Shown in pieces: positions 37,196 through 49,624 of a stretch of 64,000 nt of DNA; within the stretch, counting starts at the first letter, position 1; each line of letters opens with the position of its first letter. Location of the stretch: contig JAQFVV010000003.1 in assembly GCA_028023455.1 (NCBI GenBank), positions 24,180,001-24,244,000 of the forward strand, in the 5' to 3' direction. The notes beneath the pieces were generated by a model, which was given only the letters and a program-made list of their open reading frames with translations, made no database searches and was not told where the DNA came from. Made by a program: the position numbers and the translations under genes. The DNA comes from Epiperipatus broadwayi. Taxonomy: Eukaryota; Animalia; Onychophora.

Positions 37196-39624
37196 TCTGA
37201 TGGTTTTTTTAAATAAATGTTAATTTTATTTTTTTATTTTGTAAATCAATGATATGGTTTTTTATTCTTTAAAAAATAATCTTATGTATCATTACAATTA
37301 CTATTATTACTGATTTCAATGAATAATCCTTAATTTGCTCTTTTAATATGTTTTGATTCTTTTATTTTTACATATCTCTTATTTTATTTTTACTAATGTC
37401 TTAAAAAATAGATTGAACATTAGTATTTATATATATTCACACAAAAAAGATTAATCAAATGTTATCAAAAGAAACTTATATGCAGTAAAATAATATAATA
37501 CCTAATGTTAAGTAATCTATTTAGGTGTTATTTATTTATAAATAATTTTATTAATTTAATGTACTATCAGTTGTAACTTTGAAAAAGATTGCCAGACAGC
37601 AGAATCGAAAAAGATAAAGTAGTAAAGTATTGAAAAAGTGCAAAGAAAGAAGTTAACATTTTAAAATGGTCAGAACAAATGGGAAATTAATAAAATACAA
37701 AATTTCAAATGTATTGTTATGCTGTATAATCTTATTTTCAAAAATAACAGGATTTTTATTCCTGTATTTCTTCTCTTTTTTTATAAGTATGACATCATAT
37801 GTTTTTTGTGCTCATATGTAGATATTATAATAATATTTTTAAAGAAAAACAATGGCAGATGATTGTTAATGTTAATCAAATATTTTCTTATTTGTAGTTT
37901 ACACCTACAAATCATTTATACAAATTATTTTAAATATTCTGTGTATGTGAAAGTGTTTTTAAAAATTAATTTTATAGGTTAAATAACCACAGGTTCATCG
38001 ACAGGAACCTTTATGTCAATCATTGTCAATTTTGACAGTTTAAAAGGGAGAAAAAAGTTGTTTGAACTGATTAAAAATTATCATGATTTACATAATGTCA
38101 TTATGTAAACTGCTTAAATATTAATTTATAAGCTATTATTAACTTATATGCTATTATTAAATGTATGTATAAATTTATATAATTATCTATTTATAATTAC
38201 ACATATGAAGTCTCACACAGATATATTTAGTGTGTCTTAGTCTAGTCTTTCTGAGATTTTGTTTCAAGTGAACAAGAGTCATTTAACATCTATATTTCTT
38301 AAGTTTGAAAAATCATCAAAATTTAATTGTACAAGATATACTCCTTGGTGCTGCAGTCTTAAAAACTGTTCATTTCTTTCAATTTTAAGGCATTTGCCCC
38401 AAGTCGGTATTAACGTTTTAAAATATATAAAAAAAATTCTGGTCTAAAGGCTGGTCTGTATTTTTTTAACCTAACTGTTAACCTATTTTCATATTGTGTA
38501 TTCTTTTTGTTTTATTGTTTTCTATTGGTGATTAAGAGTGAGCCAGAATTTATTAAAAATATTAATTAATCTCTCAACCAATATTCAGTACACACACCCC
38601 TCACCACTTTCACAGATTTCATATCTACATATCTCCACTACATGTTTATTTGTAAAAAATAATCTTAACAGTATCATGTTAGAACAGTTTTCTACTATGC
38701 TGTGACCTAAGTTTCAAATCTAGACTACTGTATTTAAAATTTTTTCATGTTACTAAGAGAAATAGAATTTTTTCCCCCAGATATATAGCTCATAAGTAAA
38801 TGACTTATCCATCTGATTATTAGTAGATAATGAGTGTATAGATATTATTACCATAGGGAGTAAAGATTTCAGATTAATCTAAATTAATAATATGATACAT
38901 ACAATAATATATTGATGGTAAAACAAAAATGGAGGCAGCTTTATATTTTAAAATATGGGTATTGAACTTAAATTATTTTATCTTTTTTCAAATCTTTTTA
39001 TTATATATCATAATAACATGTTTATAATTGACACCTACTGAAAAAAGCTAGAATTACATTTTTGTATAAGCCTCCTAATTATTATTAATTTTGTCTTTTT
39101 TTATTGGACTTGCAAAATTTGTTATAAGAAATATTATTGTAATGATTAACAAAATTATGATTAATGAAAGTAAAGTTTAATTTTTGTCTGATCCTAAATT
39201 CTAGTTTAAACAGTATGATAAAACATAAGCAGCTACCCATATTAGTGCCATATAGTATAAGCTTGAGTAATCACTGATTACCACATGAATATATAATCTC
39301 AAGAACATTAACAAAGGCAAATTCAAAAACTAGTATAAGGATAGGGGTTTGAATACTAAGAACTTTACTGTATCTAATAAATTATATGCAGTATTTGATT
39401 CATTATTTTTAGATGTTTATAAGTATCCCATAATATTTTTTAAAAAATGTTTTATAAAGCTTACTAATATTATTTGTTAAGAGAGTAAAAAATCTTAAAT
39501 GGGAAAAATACTTTTAGGATTGGTAATTCATTCTACTTATTCTATTCTAAACCAACTATGGTAAACTTAAATAATCAATAGACACAGGACACACATGTAC
39601 TATAAAGCTTTTAACTTTAAGTTA

Positions 39625-39830
39625 GGAAAAACTGCTCTAGAAATGAGTTTATACAATTCAATTTGTGATCCTGTTCGTGTAATATTTGGCAATGCTGCTT
39701 TTTAACCTCTTCAGCAGAAAATTACTGAAGTACATGTCTATCTGTAGTGTTTTTATGTATCATATTTTCTACCACAACTTCCAATGAAAAATAAGGAATA
39801 AAAGCCTCCTTTTACCAATTTTTATGAATC
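39625..39830 (-). mobile_element. BovB-like RTE 3' fragment
   Basis: Reverse complement ttttctgctgaagaggttaaaaagcagcattgc...atttctagagcagttttt matches the same 3' end as the 50.7 kb and 52.2 kb copies. Confidence 0.6.
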
Positions 39831-41993
39831 TAATGTTGGAATATAGACATTAATAAAGTGAGCACTGGACTACAAGTTTTAACATCACTAGTTTTACATT
39901 GATATGATAAGGAATTCCAATATTTTACAGTAAAGTCTATTTCAACACTGTATATTCTTCTTTTATTGACTGATCTGTTCTTTAAAAAAAAAACTTGAAA
40001 CCCTTTACCTGGTCTATTACATTTCCTTTGAAAAATGAGTTTAACTAATAGCAGTTATGTCGATCTTAAATCTTGATAGCTCCTTAGTCACCAATGCTTT
40101 TATCTGTTCTAGTCTTGAAGAATTTTTATCAAGTAAAATTTGCACATTCCATATAACTATATTTAGGAAAAAATAGATTTATAATATTACCACTGCTACT
40201 AATATTATTATTTCTATTGCTATAATGAATAATCCTGCCAGGTAAGATAGTCTGGATAAGACAGACCATTTTAGTTCAGATTTTTAAATAGGGGTACCTA
40301 AACAGAACATTTTTGTAAGCTAAACTCTTGTCCCAAATCCAGTTTTAAATTGACTTATTACTGATTGTAATGCCTCAAGCAAATATCACAGCTTAAGCTA
40401 AAAAAAAAAAAATTAAAAAGGGAATTGAAATTAAAAATGCTAAACATGTAACTGAAGAATGGAAATATAGCTACACAATACATAATCTTATAATGTTGCA
40501 ATTGGTATGAGCTTACACATATCCGGAATCCTATTGTTGTAATTAGTATGGTGACTGATGGCATGAGAGGTCATGACAATGGGTTAATGACTGAATAAGG
40601 AAAAGAAGGAGATAGAAAAGACAGTTTGTATCAGAGGCATTTGACACATCAATAATACTTTCTATAAGGCAGCAGGAGTGTACTGTTGGTCAGACACTGT
40701 TTAATCATTATTCACAGCCAACCTTCATATCTGAAGTTCATTCTTTGTCTGCCATGTGGAATCCAGCTGTGTCCTAAACACAGCATACAACAGGCATAAG
40801 ATGATAAAGCTATATCCTCGGACTAATTTTTAGCCATTTTCATCTTTATTCGAAAACTCCTCATTGATCAATAGTCAGAACTAGGTAACTTTAATATTTG
40901 AAGTTCAGTCACTATCCACTTTCTGTGGAACCCATCAGTAGCCTGAATACAGCACATGATAAGCATAAAATGATGGAGCTATATTTACATCCTCAGATTA
41001 GTTTCTTACTATTGGTCATCTTCAATGAGAAAGACATCATTGATTAATAGTCAGAACTAATTTGGGAATGTGGAATAATATTAGAATCTAATGTCTATTA
41101 ATTACTCACATTTACAATAGATATCTCTAGAGTAGAATAATTGAAAAGCAAAGTTTTATTATATGTCAATGTTTTTCATAAATTACCTTATAAACATGAA
41201 TTATATATTTTTTAAATGTATTTACAGTTATCAATAATATTTTTTTGTCTAGACATTTTTTTCTAAGTTGTAGTTAAGATTGTCATATTCAAAATATGCA
41301 AAATATATAATTTATTGAATAAAAAATAACAATAATAACTTATAAGAAATAATACATCAAACTTCATTTTAAGATTCTTAAAGTTGAATGATGTCGTTTT
41401 TAAAAGAGAATGTAATTATTGTTTTTTTACAACTCATCAAAATCTATTAGTAGTGACAGAGTTGTTTGATTGTCTGTTAAACTGAATTTTAAAATATCAC
41501 CTTCAAGAATATTTTAAAAAATATTAACTAATGTATGAAAACACAGATCATGTCTAAGTGAATCACTACTTCAGTTGCTGTTAGCAAAATGGCTGAAAGG
41601 AATAATAAATACAGTACAAGGAAATCACAATTTTATAGTGAAATAGTTTATGTTATATATATTAAAGTGTATGTTGTTAATAAATGTTTTTAACAATTTA
41701 GTTCACAAACATTAATCATATGGATATGCTAGCTGTATTTAAAGAAGGTTTAATTCTGCAAATAAATGAAAGTTATCTATTTCTTTGACCTAATAAATAA
41801 AATACAACATAAAGTAGAGATTCAAGAAATATGTATTAGCATAAATAAGTTATTGTTTAATGTCAACTAAAATATAAAGATAGTTATTATGTTAAAACAC
41901 TTGTATTTATTTTATTCCATAAATTATTATTATTAGGTGTGGACAAAGCTTAGTGAACTCTAAATGATTTGTCTCCAATAAAGTTTTCAGTCA

Positions 41994-42895
41994 CAGAGGC
42001 AAAACTCTCCATACAGTAGTGCCACTCAGTACAATCCAGAGTAATCAATAGATGCAGGAAGGTTTATGCATATAATCCTTATCTGGTGCCTACTCGTCCA
42101 ATATCTCCAGATTAGTTTTTAGCTTGTGGCTTTCATCAATGAAGAATTTTGGATCTGAGAGCATTGCACCTAGATCTTAGGATCTAATGTAATCCTCCAG
42201 CAACCACCTTTTATTTTTTTAGCTAACTATAAAGCTTTGAGTCCAAACTGAAAACACAATAATGTTTTCAAGCTAAGCTCATTAGCTTATGTGGTTGTAT
42301 AGATCTGAACTCAGTTCAGCATTTATACTTTTTGATGAATTTGGTTCTTTAATAATCACAATCACCATAATCCTATTGGGCAGAATTGGTATTAAACCAT
42401 CAAACATCACATGATCATGATTCTTTATGCTGACATAAGCTGTTCTTCACAAAGGCATACAGTAGCACAATTTAATGCATGCCAGAGTAATCAGATACTA
42501 AAAAGTATGGATATTGAACTGAGTTCATATCTATACAACTATATAAGCTAATGAGTTTAGCTTGAAAACATTATTATGTTTTCATTTTGGACTCAATGCT
42601 TTATAGTTAGCTAAAAAAGTAAAAGGTGGTTGTTGGGGGGTTGCATTAGATCCTAAGATCTAGGTGCAGTGCTCTCAGATCCAATGCTTCTCACTGATGA
42701 AAGCCACAAACTAGAAACTAATCTGGGGATATTGGATGAGTAGGCACCAGATAAAAATTTTATGCACAAATCTCCTTGCATCCATTGATTACTCTGGTCT
42801 GCACTGAGTGGTGCTACTGTATGGAGAGTTTTGCCTCTGAAAAACAGCTTGTATACGCATAAAGAATGGTGATTGTGTGATGTTTGATGGTTTAA
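41994..42895. mobile_element. PLE-derived composite fold-back, family A (long arms plus an internal third partial copy)
   Basis: Arms 41994-42333 and 42500-42839 (~340 bp). The spacer holds another inverted copy of the 3' end (42388-42493). The right copy runs on to 42895. 14 bp TSD with one mismatch: taaagttttcagtc (41979) and taaaattttcagtc (42893). Confidence 0.85.
42688..42729 (+). ncRNA. Minimal type I hammerhead ribozyme motif (family A, weakened helices II and III)
   Basis: UUCUCA-CUGAUGA (42694-700)-AAGC cacaa ACUA-GAAA (42714-17)-CUAAUC-UGGGGA. Confidence 0.55.
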
Positions 42896-43246
42896 AATTT
42901 TCAGTCCTTCACATTAAGTCAAATTTTTACTTAAATTGGTATTTCATGTTATCTATTAGGGATGTTGGCTGAATATGAAAATATTTTTCAATAAATGAAA
43001 ATATATTACAAAACAAACAACCGATAACTTTATATATGTTGAAACATTTGGGTATGTCTGGATTTATGACATCTTGGAATTATGTAAGTAAATAAATATC
43101 TACACATGGGAGTGTTTGATGATTAATTTTTTCTGCACATTTTGAAATGATTTTATTATATAACTAGGATCATTTGTTTTTGTCATCATCCATAAATACA
43201 GTAGTCATACTTCAATAACAATTGAAGTTCAAGACACATTATAACG

Positions 43247-43423
43247 ATAATCTAAAATCTCTGATTAATCAAAATATTTTCCAGATATATTCACATTTTT
43301 TGTATTGATTTATTATTTATCTTGTGCTAATTTTATATAATCTAAAATCTCTGATTAATCAAAATATTTTCCAGATATATTCACATTTTTTGTATTGATT
43401 TATTATTTATCTTGTGCTAATTT
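43247..43423 (+). repeat. Perfect tandem duplication, period 90 bp
   Basis: ataatctaaaatctctgattaatcaaaa...cttgtgctaattt starts at 43247 and at 43337; I see no mismatches. Confidence 0.95.
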
Positions 43424-46400
43424 ATATGGAATAAAATATTTAAAATAGCTGTTAGGAATATTTTCTTTATTCCAGAGCTATCTATTTTTTGAGTTTGAAT
43501 AATCAATTAAAATCAGATAGTACTGCTATTATATTCTCATTCAATGCTACCTTATTCATATCTGTAGACTAGTTTCTGGATTACAACTTTCATCAATTAA
43601 AAAGTTGAATCTGTTCCTCTGGACCTCCTGAATCCAATTAGTCTTTCATCCATTGGTTATTTATTTTCTAATTGTATAGTTAATCTAGACTGCAGATTGG
43701 TTCAGTAGTAGAATAATAGGCTTAAGAACTAAAAGTCCAAGTACATTAGGTCCAAGCTCCTCATTAATGAAAGGCATTAGCCAAAAATTAATCTGCAGGT
43801 GTGGGTAAGATAGCATTGGATATAAATATAATAGCACTACCATTTAGTATTCAATAATTACTCAAGTATACAATAGATGATTCTGAGGTAGAATGAAGTA
43901 TATGTTATATGTAAGTAGAGACAGTTACATGTTATTTGTTGGTTGAATGTAATTAACACACCATTATTCCAATTATTATTTATTTTCTTCTTTAGATATT
44001 TCCTAAAAGAACTTATTACATTATAGGTACCTTATGTAAGTCAATAAAACAAGTAAATAGATTTATAATTGTGTTTTCAGATATGTATGTTTGCTTTCAA
44101 TTTGAAAGCAGGCCAAATAATTAGGCAATAAAGTGCTATGACAAATAGTAGTATTTGATCAGTAATAACAGTTTGACATTGCTTTCCATACTCTGAACAC
44201 AATTCATATTTAATATAATATTTCAAAAATAAAAATAAATAGTCAAATGGCTGATCAACCATCTGAGTCTGCCATTTTACCACCGCACCAGCAAAGTAGA
44301 ACTTTTAAAAAATCAAATGGTTTTATTGTTTGGGAATTCATAAAAAGTTTGAGCATTGGAAAAAGAAGAGATGGGAGCAAACCATGGACTTTAAGCTTTG
44401 GAATCAGCCACTTTATTATTAGAACAAACCAAGTTAATGTAGACAGTACCTTAGAACAATTAGAAATTTAACTTTTCATATCTGCTTCATTCTTTGAGGA
44501 TAAATGTATAAACCAACACTCATGGTGACATATTGGTAGTCAATAAAATATTTATTTTTATTAATAAAACAAGTTATTCCATACAAGTACAATAATTATG
44601 GAAATTATACATTTTCCAATAATTCAAGCATATTTATTTCTTTATTATATATAGTCAATTTTTTTAGAGATTATGTCATGTTTGAGTACAAAGAGTTAGG
44701 TAGAACATAGCAGGCATTTGAAATTTATTCTCATTAATATAAAAATAATTCATTTTTTAAAATAATTTTTATAATAAAGTGGTTAGTTGCTTGGAAGAAT
44801 ATGTCATGTTCAAGCATTGGATGTGTTAAGATGGAGCCTTGATCCAGAAAACTTCCATCACTCTATCATGTTCACATGTATATTAGCTGCAATATTCCAT
44901 TCAACATCGTTCAACTCTAGATTCTTTATGTAAGCATAAATGATTAGTGGACATTGGATGTTTATTCCAACTATTTTCTCAGACTCTTCATGCTTACTTA
45001 GATGATTCTAGATATGAAAATTTCTGCTGTTAATGTAGGAGTTCTTCATCCTTATCTAAAGTCAATAATCTTCTACACTGCATTGAGCATATCTTCATTA
45101 CAAAATTATTAAGTAAAATTCTACTGTTTTGATACCTTTTCTTGCACAATAGAAATATTGGATAAAAATTATTTCATCATTACCATTATTATTGTTATTA
45201 CTATATTATTATAGTAATAATAATTTGACTATTAGTGGTATTGAAAAGATTTGTTACATTAGTTTCTGATATTATATTAAAGAAAACTAGCAACCTAATC
45301 ATTTTTATAGTTGGCTAAGAAAAGAAGTGTATGAAAATAAAAGTTTGACTTATATTCAAATGATTTAGTTTATGTTAGAAATGATTTAAATTCTTTATTT
45401 AAGTGAAAATAAATTGGAGTTGAGAGCTTTCTGAAATTTAGTTCCTAAAATGATGCCTTTTTACAATGTTCTTTCAAGATGAAATTTTAAAGGGTTTTAA
45501 TATTTTTTATTCTGATATATGAAGTATTAGATTTAATTTTAATGAGCTGTAACTTATTTAAATAATTTTCCTATTGGTTTTTATGTTGTGATAAGTTTAG
45601 GATTGATATTCAAGAATTCTCTCTTCATCGACCTATCTCAGGATATGTAATAATTTTTTAAAAATAAATCTTAATTTTAATTATCATATTTCAAACACTT
45701 GCTGAATGTATTTTGATTAACTGGAGCTTACCTCAGCTTATTTTGTTTATTGCTGCTTTATATAGATTGTATATGAATGCAGTTTGAGATTTTAGTGCTA
45801 AACTTGATTTATTGCTATCTGATTTTTGTTTTTCTTCAGTAATGCTTATGGGTGATTTGAATATAAATTTAATTGATGATTAATTATTAATTTGAATAGT
45901 TTTATTGCTTGAAAGTTCATAAGAAGTTGAGTGTTGGAAATCCCAATACAATCTATCCCATATTTCAAATTCTGGTACTTTATCACTGGGCTAATCAATA
46001 ATTTATATGAGTTTACAGTATATTATTTGAATTTACTTCATAAATACAGCTTTAATTAAATTATCTTTTTACCTATTTGTGTAATTCATTTTTGTCAATC
46101 TATATTGGATCATATATTTATCAGATTAAACCAGCATCTAAATTATGAATTATCTTTCCTTTATTATCTTATCATCTACACATATAACTCAATTTTAACA
46201 ATTGCTTTTACTTACAGTTTTTATTTCCAATAAATTTTGCAACTATGTTAATCATAATTTAAGTGCAAGATAAATCTTTGAATAAGGAAACTCCTATACA
46301 CAGTATATTTTAGTAAATATACAGAATTATAATTATATTCTATTTAATAAGATATATATGTTATATCTCTTTGGACTTCAAATCAGCTTTCATTATCTAC

Positions 46401-46921
46401 ATATACTCTCATAGCTGATGTAGAATTATTGCAACTACTAATTGATATATGAATTAATTTTTATGTATTCTATATGATTCAAGAATTTTGATCATGTCAA
46501 AGACATTCTGAAAGTCAATAAATTTTATATATATATATTCTTCTGGATTTCTCTTAAACTAAACAAAGGCGTAACACATATTTTAGAAGGGTTCTATTCA
46601 TTCTAAATATTCTTTGTTTCGTTAGTCGTAAGTCTATGTACACTTTATTTCCATCATTATATTTTAAAATTTATTATTGAAATTTTTGAAGGAAAAAAAA
46701 TAAAAAATAAAAAACAACTTTAAATTAAAAAAAAAAAGGTTTAATTTTGTTGTACATATAAAAATTTATTTGAAATAAATAGTCAACATTTAAACCTATG
46801 AATAAGATTGTTAATATTTTTTTACATAAAATTTAATATTTATATGCATTATGAGCATATGGATGAAGTCAGAAAAACTTTTTCATTATATAAAACAGTC
46901 TCTTGCAAATATACTTTAGTG

Positions 46922-47106
46922 CAACAGTTCTCAACCTGTGGGTCATGACCCCTTTGAAGGTCAAACAACCCTTTCATAGGGGTCATCTAGACCATTGGAA
47001 AACATATTTTCGATTCATAACAGTAGCAAAATTAAAGGTTGGGGGTTACCACAACATAAGGAACTGTATTAAACGGTCACGGTATTAGGGAGATTGAAAG
47101 TCACTG
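46922..47106 (+). mobile_element. Non-autonomous hAT/Charlie MITE resembling SPIN (Space Invaders)/URR1
   Basis: Termini caacagttctcaacc...gattgaaagtcactg (decayed CAGYGGTTCTCAACC TIRs). Perfect 8 bp TSD CTTTAGTG at 46914-21 and 47107-14. The body follows the URR1/SPIN MITE sequence as I recall it (CTCAACCTGTGGGTCGCGACCCC...ATTCATAACAGTAGCAAAATTA...GGTTGGGGGTCACCACAACATGAGGAACTGTATTAAAGGGTCGC), mostly with CpG transitions. Confidence 0.85.
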
Positions 47107-48235
47107 CTTTAGTGCAAAGATCTCTTTAAAATCCCTCATTTACTAACAACAAAGAATTCAATACTCGTTTTTTATCAATTGATGAATTGTGAGAATTTGA
47201 GTGTTTTTTCGTTGTTGTTTTGCCATCTTGCTAAGCATAAATAGATACAATAAATTAAAAGCAACATGAATATTATCTGCTTGGAGAAAATATTTAAAAA
47301 TATTAACATAACTTTCATGCATTTTTGGTGTGGAGCACTTTTATCCAAATCAGCTGACAATGTCTTTAATATTTTCAATATTTTCTCTGAGTAAATAATA
47401 TTAGTATTGTTTTACAGTTATAGAGTTATCATATTTTTTACAATAGATATTTATTTATCTACTAAGACTGAATAGTTAGCTAAATTGTAAACAGGCAGGC
47501 AATCTGAAGGAAAAATTCTAACCGGACTGTAAGCTTTGTAGGCAGTTTTATTACACATCCCTACAAACAATGCATTATTTTTTCAAATGAACACATCTTA
47601 AATATTTAGATAATAATGTAAAAGACAGACTAATTTTTAACAATTTACTTATTAAACATAAATATTTTAAGTTTTATATATTTTTGACATATATAACTTT
47701 TAACTTTATTTAAATGTTAAGGATATGTATTTTGCAATTTTTAAACATACAGACACTAAATAACTATAACAATAAATTTATGATTACCCTTTCTTTTTTA
47801 CCACACTTTTCAAAGATATTAGTATATATGTGTAAATAATTAATTAATCACAACCCAAATGTGTAAATAATATCTATTATTCCTTGCTTGTGCTTTCTAA
47901 AGAAATTTTCACAATCTATTTAGCAAATAAAAAAGTTATCAATCTATTTATGTTTTTATTTAATTGAGACTCCACCAAGAATAACAGAGCAAATTCAATC
48001 ATAATACTCACTTTGATATTAAAGTTTCAGTATTTCTACTTCAATATCAAATTGAGCATTGTGAATGAGCTTACATAAAATTTACTCTATTTGATAGGAT
48101 TTCAATTAATTACCAAAGCATTTGATGATGGCAGTTACTAACAGAAATATACAAGAGAATATTTTTTTTCCATTTAATATTGTTACTTGAAAATTTGTGA
48201 AGTTTTTTTATAAAGGAAGCAAAAAAATAACCTAT

Positions 48236-48370
48236 ATATATATAAAATTAAGAGCATGCTAATAAGCTCTAAACAATCTTTTTTGTTGTTTAGAGTTTAT
48301 TAGCATGCTCTTAATTTTACATATTTGTAAATGCAAGCTGTATATACAAGTCATGTGACATGACTTTCTA
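48236..48370. repeat. Family B-related hairpin plus tail
   Basis: aaaattaagagcatgctaataagctctaaacaa / ttgtttagagtttattagcatgctcttaatttt, followed by tttgtaaatgcaagc...aagtcatgtgacatgacttt. Confidence 0.6.
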
Positions 48371-48390
48371 TTGTTACTATATATATATAA

Positions 48391-48440
48391 CAGTGGTTGT
48401 CAATCATGGCTTGTGTACCACATGCAGCTTTCTGACATAT
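48391..48440 (+). mobile_element. Probable terminus of a decayed hAT-type MITE
   Basis: cagtggttgtcaatcatggcttgtgtaccacatgcagct resembles CAGxGGTxxCCAACC...GGGCCACATGCGGC hAT ends. No partner TIR or TSD found. Confidence 0.3.
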
Positions 48441-49454
48441 AATGACAACTCAATAAAATATATTGACTGAGTTTCTTTTGTATCAATAGAGTCCACTGAA
48501 TTAAAAATTAGTTTAATGTTCATGGTGAAAGTCTCAAATATCTGAAGCTTATCATATATGATTCATATGTTGAGAAAGTTTAACTATTTTCTGACATATA
48601 AGTTGTAGATAAAATTTATGTGCAGATATGAATGATGTAAATAAATTAAAGTGTATTAGTGAAATTTATTAGATTCATTTATATTGCTAATCTTTTAGAA
48701 TTTTCATAAGTGGGCCCTGAGTCATTCAGTGAAAGTCTGTCAAAATTTAATATTTAGATGTAGTAGTGAATAGTTATTTCAGCAATAGAATGGTTGAGAA
48801 AAATTTTCTGTATTATTTTCTGATTGAGGAAAAAAATATCAATTGGGGTGTTCAAAATAGAATTGTTGTAATAACTATAAGAAGTCTAAGTAGTGATCTG
48901 TTAAATTTGAAAAATCACATTGTAATTTCCATCATAAAAATAATTGAATTTTCAATTGCTTGGGAATTTGTGTAACTTTGAATATCAGAAATGAACGTTG
49001 ATTGATTGATATTCATTGCAGAAATCTAAAGTTTTTTAGCTTTTGAATATGGCACTCTATTCCTGCAAAGAGCAAGTAGTCAATAGTTAATTTGCTCAGC
49101 TTCTTCTGTTTTCTATAATATAATTGTTTTTACTTTAAATGTCCCAAATGATAATTTTTTTTCCAGTCAGAAATATTCAAATGGTAGAGATTATCTACAT
49201 TTGAACACTAGAAATAATATGTCAAACCTCAATCCCAAACTTTTATTTATTAAATCCACCACTCTATTATTTTAAATGCAAGAGATGGAATGTTCACGAT
49301 AAACTAAATGACTTACATGTTTTTAATTAAATATCTTGATCTGAAGTTACCATTTGCTTTTACTAATAGCAACATCTGTAATTTTTTTAAAAAAAATACT
49401 GCTATTATTTATTTAGGTTTGGGAAATGATGGATTATTTTGTTTTGATTTTTAG

Positions 49455-49624
49455 TAATGAAATCTTTCCAACTCAAGATAATCGCTACAGTATTTTGAAT
49501 GATGGTACATTAATGATCCAGGAGACTAAAGGTTCTGATGAGGGGGTATATGAATGTATGGCTAAGAATATTGCAGGAGAAGTAAAAACAACTCCAGTGC
49601 AGCTACGTTACCATTCTACAGACA
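49455..49624 (+). CDS. PXDN: Peroxidasin internal exon, C-terminal half of Ig domain 1 (170 bp, phase 2 to phase 1)
   Basis: Acceptor tttgatttttAG at 49453-54; donor GTAAGT at 49625. Translates [58 protein letters not shown]. AA+T across the junction restores Asn. Matches peroxidasin Ig1 as I recall it (human [52 protein letters not shown]). Confidence 0.93.

Larger units (their letters stand above)
13657..49454 (+). other. PXDN: 35,798 bp GT-AG phase-2 intron of the peroxidasin gene
   Basis: Canonical GTAAGT...TTTTAG ends. The flanking exons join in frame into one continuous Ig domain, with no missing residues relative to the recalled homologue. Confidence 0.85.

Noticed and set aside
43695-43760. 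tggttcagtagtagaat resembling the tRNA-Gly 5' end
   Set aside because: No cloverleaf or convincing B-box, and the downstream sequence aligns to the family A region preceding the HHR.
4643-48370. Interpreting the long palindromes as MITE or Foldback DNA transposons with TIRs
   Set aside because: Arms are unequal, single-arm copies exist (32.2 kb), TSDs are 13-20 bp and variable, and the arms contain a GIY-YIG tail or HHR cores pointing outward. All of this fits retro-insertion of PLE 3' ends better.
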